NCBI GenBank assembly: GCA_964386405.1 | Contig: CAYLRW010000001.1 | Span: 7,776-71,775, forward strand | Direction of reading: 5' to 3' | Source of the DNA: an uncultured Acidaminococcales bacterium | Lineage (GTDB): Bacteria; Bacillota; Negativicutes; Acidaminococcales; Acidaminococcaceae | DNA length: 64,000 bases | Shown: piece after piece, positions 1 through 9,200 of the stretch | Layout of the letters: each line of letters starts with the position of its first letter | Numbering within the stretch: the first letter of the stretch is position 1 | Notes under the pieces: model-generated | Told to the model about the DNA's origin: nothing | The model's database searches: none | What the model saw: only the letters and a program-made list of their open reading frames with translations | Made by a program: the position numbers and the translations under genes

Positions 1-731
1 TTTCTGCCGGTAATAGCAACAAAGCGCATTTTAACTATTATCTTGGCAATAACTTCACCAAGAATTTCCTTCATTGGCAGTAAGCCTTCACCACCACCCA
101 TCAAAAGGCAAACAGCTGTATCATCTTGCCAGCTAAATTTTTTGCGCAGTTCATGTCTGTTGTATTCTTGCCTAAAAGCACTACGTACGGGTATGCCATA
201 ATAGTAAAGCTCTTGTCCTTGTTTTTTCTGTATCTCCGGTTTCAGATTATTAGCTGCCAAAAAATAAGCATTTGTACCTTCACATATCCACCATTTGTGT
301 ATTGTGAAATCAGTAACAACAGAAATGAGTATTATTTTTGTGCCTTTATTTTTCTTTTTATATGCGGAAATAATCCCTGCCGGTGTGGCATGAGTAGCAA
401 TCACAACATCTGGCTTGACTTTGCGCAGATAACTATCTGCCAAAAAAGCCAATATTCTATTTATTATGTTACGCAGCCAAAGAGAACCTGATGGATTATT
501 TCCCCACTTATAAGCAATTTCATATAAACCCGGTATATATTTTAGTATGAATAAATAACTATTTAAAACCATTTTCCCTAAAATTTTAGGGAAAAAATCA
601 AATGCGCTCCCCAAAATAACGTCACAATTATATGTTTTTTTAAATTCATCTTTTAACGCCTCTGCAGCCAAAGCATGACCAGAACCTATGGGCGCAGACA
701 TAATTAAAATCTTATATTTTTTGTTTGTCAT
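1..731 (-). CDS. MGDG-synthase/UgtP-like diacylglycerol glycosyltransferase (GT28 family); C-terminus runs off the window
   Basis: The minus-strand frame is open from ATG at 731 to position 1. It is absent from the supplied track because no stop lies in the window. My translation MTNKKYKILIMSAPIGSGHALAAEALKDEF... fits the N-terminal MGDG-synthase domain pattern (ILI-SA-x-G-x-GH-x-AA-x-AL). Confidence 0.65.
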   Translation of the reverse strand, partial: MTNKKYKILIMSAPIGSGHALAAEALKDEFKKTYNCDVILGSAFDFFPKILGKMVLNSYLFILKYIPGLYEIAYKWGNNPSGSLWLRNIINRILAFLADSYLRKVKPDVVIATHATPAGIISAYKKKNKGTKIILISVVTDFTIHKWWICEGTNAYFLAANNLKPEIQKKQGQELYYYGIPVRSAFRQEYNRHELRKKFSWQDDTAVCLLMGGGEGLLPMKEILGEVIAKIIVKMRFVAITGR

Positions 732-772
732 ATCCAAGCCCTCTTAAATTAGTATAGAAATTTAAATCAACT

Positions 773-800
773 TGCAAGTAAATTAGTGCACTTACTTGCA
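773..800. promoter_or_regulatory. Perfect 9-bp inverted repeat TGCAAGTAA-N10-TTACTTGCA; candidate operator in a divergent promoter region
   Basis: Arms at 773-781 and 792-800 are exact reverse complements. The right arm overlaps a TTGCAT -35-like hexamer (796-801), which is followed 18 nt later by TATCAT (820-825) upstream of the 894 start. The same arms recur at 2646-2674. Confidence 0.45.
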
Positions 801-893
801 TATTAGAACGCTATTATTGTATCATAATTGATAAGCATTACAATATGTCTTTAAATTACTTAATACCAATTTCCATAATTCTAGGAGGTTAAA

Positions 894-1946
894 ATGAAAA
901 AACGAACACCAATTTCTGCTTTTAATATTCCAATTGAAAAAATCAAATCCGGTTATTATAGCGATGACTATTTTCTGCGTACAGCTGAAATATTGAATAA
1001 AGATAATCATCACCCACGTATCCTCATGCAAGTATTTCAACGTGAACATATAGTACTATGTGGAGTCGATGAAGCCATTGCAATTATTAAAAAGTGTGCC
1101 TTTAATCCAGAGAATATAACTATTCACGCTTTACATGATGGTGATGAAGTTGCACCGTGGGAAACATTAATGACAATTGAAGGTGACTTAGCTGATTTTG
1201 CTCACTTAGAGACAGTATATCTTGGTATACTGGCAAGGCAAAGTCGTATTGCAACAAATGTACGACGTGCCGTTGAGGCTGCTAACGGCAAGCAAGTCCT
1301 TTTCTTTTCAGCCCGTTACGACTCTTACTTAACCCAGGAGCAAGACGGATACGCTGCCTTAATCGGAGGCATCAAAAGTTTTTCAACTGATGCGAATGCT
1401 GCAGCAGCTGGTCTTGAAGGACTAGGTACAATCCCTCATGCTCTTATTGCCACATATGGCGGTGATACTGTCGCTGCTACTGCTGCTTTCGATAAATATA
1501 TTGATCCTTCTGTGAGCCGTATCGCGCTGGTCGACTTTGACAATGACTGCGTAAATACTTCTCTGGCAGTAGCCCGCAAATTAGGCAAAAAACTACAGGG
1601 AGTGCGCTTGGATACATCAAACAATATGGTTGATAGAACTATCCAATCTCAAATGGGCATTTTCCCTCCAACCGGTGTTTGCAAAGAATTAGTTGCAGCT
1701 GTCAGAAAAGCATTAGACGCTGAAGGATTTGACTATGTTAAAATAATAGTTTCTGGTGGTTTTGATGCTGCTAAGATTGCTGAATTCGAAAAACTTAGTG
1801 TTCCTGTTGATACCTATGCTATCGGCAGCAGTTTCTTTGATGGCAATATTAATTTTACTGCTGACATAGTGTTACGCGATGGCGTAGCTTGTGCCAAAGC
1901 TGGCAGAAAATATTTACCAAACAACAAATTAGAGCTCGTTGATTAG
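894..1946 (+). CDS. pncB: Type II phosphoribosyltransferase, most likely short-form nicotinate phosphoribosyltransferase
   Basis: A 350-aa ORF with an AGGAGG RBS 6 nt upstream. Motifs GLGTIPHALIATYGG, GVRLDTSNN and IIVSGGFD resemble the NaPRTase/QAPRTase barrel. It is shorter than the roughly 480-aa bacterial PncB. Confidence 0.7.
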   Translation: MKKRTPISAFNIPIEKIKSGYYSDDYFLRTAEILNKDNHHPRILMQVFQREHIVLCGVDEAIAIIKKCAFNPENITIHALHDGDEVAPWETLMTIEGDLADFAHLETVYLGILARQSRIATNVRRAVEAANGKQVLFFSARYDSYLTQEQDGYAALIGGIKSFSTDANAAAAGLEGLGTIPHALIATYGGDTVAATAAFDKYIDPSVSRIALVDFDNDCVNTSLAVARKLGKKLQGVRLDTSNNMVDRTIQSQMGIFPPTGVCKELVAAVRKALDAEGFDYVKIIVSGGFDAAKIAEFEKLSVPVDTYAIGSSFFDGNINFTADIVLRDGVACAKAGRKYLPNNKLELVD

Positions 1947-1950
1947 TCTA

Positions 1951-2000
1951 AAAAAACTAGAGGCGCTATCATAATACATATGATAGCGCCTCTAAAATTT
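1951..2000. terminator. Bidirectional intrinsic terminator between convergent genes
   Basis: A 15-bp stem (tagaggcgctatcat at 1958-1972 paired with atgatagcgcctcta at 1980-1994) is flanked by an A-run and a T-run. Confidence 0.8.
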
Positions 2001-2624
2001 TTAAGCTCGTTTAAATATACCTAGTGGTTTCCCTAATGGCCAGAATTGGCGACCAAAGAAATTATTTAAGAAAATTGCACTTGCACCATACAAAGAAAGT
2101 AATGACACAATTAGTTCAGAATAAGCTGCCATTGTATGCGCCCAATGTCCACCAAAGCCTAGTGTATCCAATGTAAGTCCTAATAAAAGCAGATCAATAA
2201 ATACCATGTCAGCAAATAAGAATAAATTAGCTTCTGATGCGGCAATCGTACCTACACAGGCAAATAAAAAATAACCCAAAAAAGCAAAGCCAAGTGCCTT
2301 CGGATCAATACCGGCAGCCAAGCCTGCTCCGAAACAGCCCGCTTTTATCATCCAGCTCATTGCTACGCCGGACCAGAAGAAACCAAATGCACCAAAAATA
2401 GTTGCACCAAAAATGTTTTTGTGACAAAAATCAAAGTATGAAGCCACTAATTGGGCAAATGAACCCATAACGAGAGCCCACGGAATTACCCAGGAAACGC
2501 CAGAGACGATACCAAGTTTTTGCGCTGAAGCGACCAGTGTCACAATTGCCAAACCTAACAACCCAAGCGGAGTTGGGTCTGCAACCGCGATTTGAACGTG
2601 TTGCGTAGAATTACTTGTACTCAT
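2001..2624 (-). CDS. GPR1/FUN34/YaaH (SatP-like) family small-carboxylate channel
   Basis: 207 aa with about six hydrophobic helices. The N-terminal ADPTPLGLLGLAI matches the NPxPLGL family signature. An AAAGGAGG RBS is present. Confidence 0.85.
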   Translation of the reverse strand: MSTSNSTQHVQIAVADPTPLGLLGLAIVTLVASAQKLGIVSGVSWVIPWALVMGSFAQLVASYFDFCHKNIFGATIFGAFGFFWSGVAMSWMIKAGCFGAGLAAGIDPKALGFAFLGYFLFACVGTIAASEANLFLFADMVFIDLLLLGLTLDTLGFGGHWAHTMAAYSELIVSLLSLYGASAIFLNNFFGRQFWPLGKPLGIFKRA

Positions 2625-2645
2625 TAAAATGCCTCCTTTAAACTA

Positions 2646-2674
2646 TGCAAGTAATTATAACCGTTTTACTTACA
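2646..2674. promoter_or_regulatory. Second copy of the TGCAAGTAA/TTACTT(A/G)CA inverted repeat (11-nt spacer); candidate operator or 5' UTR hairpin
   Basis: Arms at 2646-2654 and 2666-2674 pair at 8 of 9 positions, and the mismatch is a G-U pair on the minus-strand RNA. The repeat lies between a minus-strand TTGACT-17-TAAACT promoter-like element and the SD of the 2624 start. Confidence 0.45.
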
Positions 2675-2754
2675 TATAGAGTTTAAAGATAAATTGCAAA
2701 AAAGTCAATTAATTCTTAATATCTGTAAAAAAAAATCAAATTTTTCAGATATAT

Positions 2755-2833
2755 AAGAAAAAGCCCTTTCATTTAGCTATGAGAATTGTTAATATTCTAT
2801 AAAAATTCTTATAGCGCTGAAAGGGCTTTTTTT
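2755..2833 (-). terminator. Long compound hairpin terminator downstream of the M16 peptidase gene
   Basis: The outer stem is aagccctttca/tgaaagggctt. The inner stem is gctatgagaatt/aattcttatagc. T-runs are present on both strands. Confidence 0.7.
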
Positions 2834-2836
2834 ATA

Positions 2837-5761
2837 TTATATATACATAATTTTTGTAAAAATATCCTTGTTTTTTTCAAGGCTAGACTTGCTGCCAACT
2901 ACACAATAGTAGTTCTCTTGCAAGACATCTCTGACTAATGTTGCTAATTTTTTAATATCATCATTTGTAACTTCAATAACTTCCATACGTTCTTTCTGAC
3001 GCATATCATCAGAAATTTCCTTTAAAGCCATAATACATGCTCTTTCCAGCAGCATAGAATTTGTTAATGGCGTATCCATACCACTTACAGTGCCAATAAC
3101 ATATTTTTTTAATTCACGTTCACTTACAGAAAAATTTGCCAGATATGCTGGTAAATCACGATATATTTGCAAGGTTTTATCCAAATTAGGATCACGATAA
3201 GAAGTAAAATACGCAATACCGTTACGTTCAAACCTGGCATTTGCGCCATAGGCACCACCTTGTACGCGTACCCTATTCCATAAATAGTCATAGCGAAGTA
3301 TTGTTTCTAAAACTTTCATAGCGCCAGTATATTCATAGCCAAATTTCCTATAATCTCCTCCGGCCGCCACATACTGAACTTTTCCACTGGTAACGATTCC
3401 TTCGTTAATCTGTGTTAAAGAAATCTTTTGAGGTTTTTTACCAGCGTAAGTAGACTTTGGTAACAACGCCATGAATTCATCAGCAGCAATTGATACTTTT
3501 TCGCGGTCTAATTCTTCACAAGAAAAAGCAAAAAGACATTTACTGCTATGGAAAAGTACTCCAAGTAATTCTCGGAACTTACTTTGCAGTACAGGAAATT
3601 CTTCTTCAAAATTGGCTATAAGCTTTTTAATGAAATGATAATAACTCAGATGATCTTGCTCATTCACACGGGAAACGGGTGAAAAATATGCGCATAGTCT
3701 TGAACAAGCTATGCTTTGTCCCCTATTAAAAAATTGACTATCCCAATCAGTATTAATTTCATTAGCAATTTCCCAGATGCGTTTGCGGTTATCAAAACTA
3801 CTTGTTAAAGCAACATTGCGCAATATAGAAAAAAGTTTATCAATTTTAGCGGTAAGTACTTTCGCCTGAACGGTAAAACAAATTGAATAATCGTCAGTCC
3901 GATTCTGGTTAGAATAAGCAGACAGTTGGAAGCCAATGCCACCTGTATCTTTGTTAGTAGCAGTAGCCAGCGATTGGTAGCTATAATCAGCTGTATCTAC
4001 TTTACCAAGCACATCAGTTAATAAAAAGGCATATGGCAACATTTCTGAATCGATACCAGAAAGATCAAAATACCAATTTAGATATGCTATTTTATTAGTT
4101 TGTCCTTGTAAATACAGCTTTGTTAAATTCCCATTTTCAGTTCTGTCTGGCATTATTGGTTCTACTTGATGCCGCAGATCGCTACGCTCTAAGACAGGTA
4201 TTGACTCCATTGCCACTGGGTCATCAGGAGAAGTCTGTTTTTCTTGCAATACTCTTGTTTGTTCAACAAGACCTCTAATTTCTTCCGTACTTAATTCAGA
4301 TTTAATCTTAGCTAATTTACTGAGTGCCTTCATGTGTTCTTGTTGTTCTTTTCCTTGTTCCGGTCGCAGTGTAATTAAAACTTTGTGCGTATTATCAAGA
4401 ATATAATTTTCAATGAGCTGTTCATAATATCTTGTATTTAAACCATTTCTGAGTTCCTGCAACAAATCTTCAAATCTCAGGCAATCAAAAGGATTACCAT
4501 CATATAACCAGCTGTCCATGCAACTTATCCCGTAAATTAAACCCTTAGGATATATGCCAAAATCCGCCTCACGAAGTTTAAACTCTAAAGAATTTAGAGC
4601 AGCTTCCAGCAATTCTTTGTCTATGCCCTTTATTGTAATATCTTGCAAAGTTTTATAGGTTACGCTAATAAATTTATCCCGCATTTCGGGTTCGGAACCT
4701 GCAACTTTAACTGAAAAAATAGGCTGTAAATAGCTGCCAGCATACGTGCCACCAATATCGGAACCAATGCCTGCTTCCATGAGAGCCAATTTTAGAGGGG
4801 CAGAATTTGATTCCAAAAGAACTGATTCTAATAAGCGCATTGCCGTAGCAGTCTTTAAATCTGTGGCCTTGCCCACTACAATATGGAGTTCATGATAGGT
4901 TTTTCCCTTTATATCCTCATTATCACCAACCGGATAAGTAGCTTCAACATCTTTAGTTCGCACAAAAGGTTTTTGAATGGATATGGCTGAGTTGACTTGT
5001 CCATTTTTTGTAAAATTATTTAAATATTCATGGTCAAGAAACTCCAAGGTTTTAAGGATATCAAGATCACCATATAAATAAATATAAGCATTTTCAGGAC
5101 TATAGTAGGTTTGGTGAAAATTCAAAAATTGCTCTTGTGTTAGTTCCGGTATTGAATCTGGATGACCACCAGATTCAAAACGGTATGCTGTATCAGGGAA
5201 CAATGCACGCATCGATTCATAATCCAGCAAAGCATCCGCCGATGAAAATACACCTTTCATTTCATTATAGACAACACCATTATATTTTAAGGAGTCATTT
5301 TCATCATTTACTGAGTAATGCCAGCCTTCTTGCAAAAGTGTATATTTATTTTCATAGATTAACGGATAAAATACTGCGTCAAGATATACATCCATCAAAT
5401 TATGAAAATCCTTGTCATTGCGGCTAGCTACAGGATACATAGTCTTATCTGGATATGTCATCGCATTTAAAAATGTATTCATCGAACCTTTGACTAACTC
5501 AACAAATGGTTCTTTCAATCTATATTTACGTGAGCCACATAAAACAGAATGCTCCAGAATATGCGCCACACCTGAATCATCATTTGGAGGAGTTCTAAAG
5601 CTTATTGAAAAAACTTTGTTATCATCCTTGTTGCCTACGTATAGAAGTTTCGCACCACTTTTGACATGTTCCAATATAAAAGCATCAGCCTTTAATTCCT
5701 CAATAAACGTAGTCTTTTTAACAGCAAATCCAAAATATACTCTATCATTATCTAACTTCAT
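2837..5761 (-). CDS. M16C (PreP/insulinase-like) zinc metallopeptidase
   Basis: 974 aa, with the inverted zinc motif HxxEH (GVAHILEHSVLCGS) near the N-terminus. Length and architecture are typical of the presequence-protease-like M16C family. A GGGAGG RBS is present. Confidence 0.9.
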   Translation of the reverse strand: MKLDNDRVYFGFAVKKTTFIEELKADAFILEHVKSGAKLLYVGNKDDNKVFSISFRTPPNDDSGVAHILEHSVLCGSRKYRLKEPFVELVKGSMNTFLNAMTYPDKTMYPVASRNDKDFHNLMDVYLDAVFYPLIYENKYTLLQEGWHYSVNDENDSLKYNGVVYNEMKGVFSSADALLDYESMRALFPDTAYRFESGGHPDSIPELTQEQFLNFHQTYYSPENAYIYLYGDLDILKTLEFLDHEYLNNFTKNGQVNSAISIQKPFVRTKDVEATYPVGDNEDIKGKTYHELHIVVGKATDLKTATAMRLLESVLLESNSAPLKLALMEAGIGSDIGGTYAGSYLQPIFSVKVAGSEPEMRDKFISVTYKTLQDITIKGIDKELLEAALNSLEFKLREADFGIYPKGLIYGISCMDSWLYDGNPFDCLRFEDLLQELRNGLNTRYYEQLIENYILDNTHKVLITLRPEQGKEQQEHMKALSKLAKIKSELSTEEIRGLVEQTRVLQEKQTSPDDPVAMESIPVLERSDLRHQVEPIMPDRTENGNLTKLYLQGQTNKIAYLNWYFDLSGIDSEMLPYAFLLTDVLGKVDTADYSYQSLATATNKDTGGIGFQLSAYSNQNRTDDYSICFTVQAKVLTAKIDKLFSILRNVALTSSFDNRKRIWEIANEINTDWDSQFFNRGQSIACSRLCAYFSPVSRVNEQDHLSYYHFIKKLIANFEEEFPVLQSKFRELLGVLFHSSKCLFAFSCEELDREKVSIAADEFMALLPKSTYAGKKPQKISLTQINEGIVTSGKVQYVAAGGDYRKFGYEYTGAMKVLETILRYDYLWNRVRVQGGAYGANARFERNGIAYFTSYRDPNLDKTLQIYRDLPAYLANFSVSERELKKYVIGTVSGMDTPLTNSMLLERACIMALKEISDDMRQKERMEVIEVTNDDIKKLATLVRDVLQENYYCVVGSKSSLEKNKDIFTKIMYI

Positions 5762-5892
5762 GTTTACCTCCCTATAACTTAATTTAAAACCTCTGAAACA
5801 TTATAACTTTCATGTAATATTTTACCACAATTGTGTCATTTACTCATACTCAATTAGCTGTCAATAAATAATCACTAATTATTACTACACTA

Positions 5893-5921
5893 TTGATTAA
5901 TCCCGAAAATTAACATAAAAT
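5893..5921 (+). promoter_or_regulatory. Sigma-70-like promoter for the small RHH gene (TTGATT-17-TAAAAT)
   Basis: Hexamers at 5893-5898 and 5916-5921 are separated by a 17-nt spacer. Downstream are the direct repeats TGACAT (5950-5955) and TGACAT (5961-5966). Confidence 0.4.
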
Positions 5922-5986
5922 ATCATTAAAGCGTCTTTGTGAAGTTTTTTTGACATAATAGTGACATCATTAAAGGGGGCAATCAT

Positions 5987-6154
5987 ATGGAATTATCTCG
6001 TTTTACTCTAAGAGTCCATCCCGTAATTCTTAAAAAGCTCAAAATTATTGCTGACAACAACGGCCGTTCAGTTAATAAAGAAATTGAGCAAATTTTAAAA
6101 TGGATTGTTGATGATTACGAAAACAAATGCGGCAAAATAAAGATTGATGACTAA
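5987..6154 (+). CDS. Small ribbon-helix-helix (Arc/CopG-like) DNA-binding protein, 55 aa; not in the supplied ORF track
   Basis: ATG at 5987 is preceded by AAAGGGGG 7 nt upstream. The translation is MELSRFTLRVHPVILKKLKIIADNNGRSVNKEIEQILKWIVDDYENKCGKIKIDD. The pattern R-F-T-L-R-x-P followed by GRS-x-N-x-EI is typical of the Arc/RHH family. A strong terminator follows. Confidence 0.7.
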   Translation: MELSRFTLRVHPVILKKLKIIADNNGRSVNKEIEQILKWIVDDYENKCGKIKIDD

Positions 6155-6191
6155 AAGTGGCCTGCATCATAGTGATGCAGGCCACTTTTTT
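6153..6191. terminator. Bidirectional intrinsic terminator (RHH gene / purL)
   Basis: A 13-bp stem gtggcctgcatca/tgatgcaggccac with a 3-nt loop, flanked by an A-run and T6. Confidence 0.85.
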
Positions 6192-6202
6192 AATTTTGCC
6201 GG

Positions 6203-9200
6203 TTAATCGAAATATTTAACACCAGAAATGAATATTTTTTGGTCTTTATTTCCATGAATATTTTTCATGAGACCAGGAACATAGCGTTCTGAATGACCCA
6301 TTTTACCAAAGACACGGCCATCAGGACTAGTAATACCTTCGACAGCATACAGAGAGCCATTGGGATTAAATGGCATTTGCATGGTTGGTGCACCATTTTG
6401 ATCCACATATTGAGTAGCAATCTGTCCATTTGCAAACAGCCGCTTTATTTCAGCTTCTGGAGCATAAAAACGGCCTTCTCCATGTGAAACAGCTATAGAA
6501 TGAATATCGCCAGGCTCAACAAAATTAAGCCAAGGAGATTTATTGGAAATGATTTTTGTTTCTACAATTTGCGAAACGTGCCGTCCTATCTTATTAAAGG
6601 TAAGCGTTGGAGAATCCTGGCGCATATCAACTATTTCACCATAAGGTACCAATCCAAGCTTGATAAGTGCCTGGAAACCATTACAAATACCAAGCATCAA
6701 ACCATCACGTTCTTGTAATAAAGTATTAACAGCTTCCTGAATTTTCTTGTTACGGAACATGGTGGCAATAAATTTGCCGGAACCGTCCGGTTCATCACCG
6801 GCACTAAATCCGCCAGGCAACATCAAAATCTGGCAATTATTAATCATTTTAACCATTGTATCAATTGAATCATTGATTGCTGCAGCAGTTAAGTTCCTTA
6901 CAACAAATACCTCCGCAATACCACCAGCAGCCTCAAAGGCAGCTGCAGTATCGTATTCACAATTTATGCCAGGGAACACAGGAATAAACACACGCGGCTT
7001 AGCAATAGAATAAGGAGCCGTCAACGGTAATGATTCCTTGTATAACGGTTGATTGATCTCTGCAACCTTTGCTCCGGCATCTACAATACGCGGGAAAATT
7101 GTTTCCAGAGGTTTCAAATATGCACTTGTAATATTGTCTAAAGTAATTTCTGTTTCATTCAATGAAATAAGCTTAGAATTAGTCAAATGACCAAGATTAA
7201 TATATTCAATATCAGCAAACAGGTCTTCTGGTGAAAGTCCATCAGCCAACTCTACTACGAAGCCTCCTGGCTGCAATGTGAATAAGCTATCAGTATCATT
7301 GAAAGGTTTTATAAATTCAAATCCGAGACTGTTGCCCAAACACATAACAGATACTGCTGCAGCAATACCGCCCTCTTTTATTACCCCTACTGAGGCAACT
7401 TTATTTGCTATGATAGCCTGATGAAGAACTCTGAGATTCTTACGCAAAACTTCAAAATCAATAACCTCATGTTCGTCACGAGGTGCAGCAATAAAGATCA
7501 CATTGTTGCCTGCAGTCTTAAACTCCGTAGAAATTGCCTTTTCGCTATCAATAACGGAAACAGCAAAAGATACAAGTGTTGGCGGCACTGTCTTATCCAT
7601 AAATGTACCTGACATACTGTCTTTACCACCAATTGCGGCAATTTCCAAAGCATCCTGCGCCATGAAAGCTCCTAAAAGCGCACTAAATGGTTGCCCCCAG
7701 GTTTCTGTATTATTCAGTTTAGGGAAATATTCCTGCAATGTAAGATGAATTTTATCAGGATCAGCGCCTAAAGCAACTGCACGACAAACTGATTCAACAA
7801 CTGCGTACATTGCGCCATGGAAAGGGCTCCAGCAGGCAACTTCCGGATTATAGCCACAGGCCATAACAGATGCAGCATTAGTTATCCCCTTCAGTACAGG
7901 CAGACGTGCAACCATACCTTCAGTTGGTGTTAATTGATTCTTGCCTCCAAATGGCATTAATACTGTTCCTCTGCCAATCGTGCTGTCGAATCTCTCTGAA
8001 AGTCCCTTTTGGCTGCATACATTCAGCCTGGAGAGATTTGCTAACCAAGACTGTTCCAAATTATTCTCAACAACACAGGATGGTACTTTATTGAAAATGC
8101 AGGTCTCAGTAAGCTCTTTTACACAAATATCGGTTTTTTGAGCAACACCGTTTGTGTTAAGAAAAGCTCTGGACAAATCAACAATTCTTTCACCGCGCCA
8201 GTACATAACAAGACGCGGATTAGAAGAAACTTCCGCTACAACAGTGGCTTCCAGATTTTCTTTATCTGCAAAGCCAATAAATTTCTCCCAATCTTTTGCT
8301 TCAATAACTAGTGCCATACGTTCCTGAGATTCAGATATGGCAAGCTCCGTACCATCAAGACCTTCATATTTTTTAGGAACTTTGTCCAGATTAATTACCA
8401 AACCATCAGTAAGTTCTCCGCATGCAACAGATACACCGCCCGCACCAAAGTCATTACAGCGTTTTATCAATTTAGCAACTTCGGGGTTTCGGAAAAGGCG
8501 TTGAATTTTTCTTTCTGTAGGTGGATTACCTTTTTGAACTTCTGCACCGCAGGAAAGCAATGATTCAATGGTATGTTCTTTTGATGAGCCTGTTGCTCCA
8601 CCACAGCCATCACGACCAGTCCGGCCGCCTAATAAGATAATCAAATCACCTTCAGCAGGTGTTTCTCTACGCACATTTTTACGCGGAACAGCTCCAATTA
8701 CGGCGCCTAATTCCATACGTTTCGCAACGAAATTGTCATGATAATATTCCTGAACATGTCCAGTCGCAAGACCAATCTGGTTGCCATAGGAGCTATAGCC
8801 GCTGGCAGCACCAATAGTGATTTTCCGTTGTGGCAACTTGCCTGGTAACGTGTCTTCAATTGGAGTCCTCGGATCGGCAGCACCGGTTACACGCATTGCC
8901 TGATAAACATAGGCTCTTCCCGATAATGGATCGCGAATTGCACCGCCCAGACAAGTAGCAGCGCCACCAAAAGGCTCTATCTCTGTGGGATGATTATGTG
9001 TTTCATTTTTAAACATAACAAGCCACTCTTCATTTTTACCATCAATCTCAATAGGCACGATTATGCTGCAAGCATTAATTTCGTCAGAAACGTCCAAATC
9101 TGCAAGCTTGCCTTCACTGCGCAGTTTTTTCATGCCAACAACGGCAATATCCATCAAGGTAACAGGGCGCTCAGTTTTTGTACCATAAATTTTATCCCTT

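Noticed and set aside
126-491. A 121-aa plus-strand ORF at the window start.
   Set aside because: It is antisense to the uninterrupted GT28 reading frame, whose N-terminus matches a known family. The plus-strand translation is low complexity.
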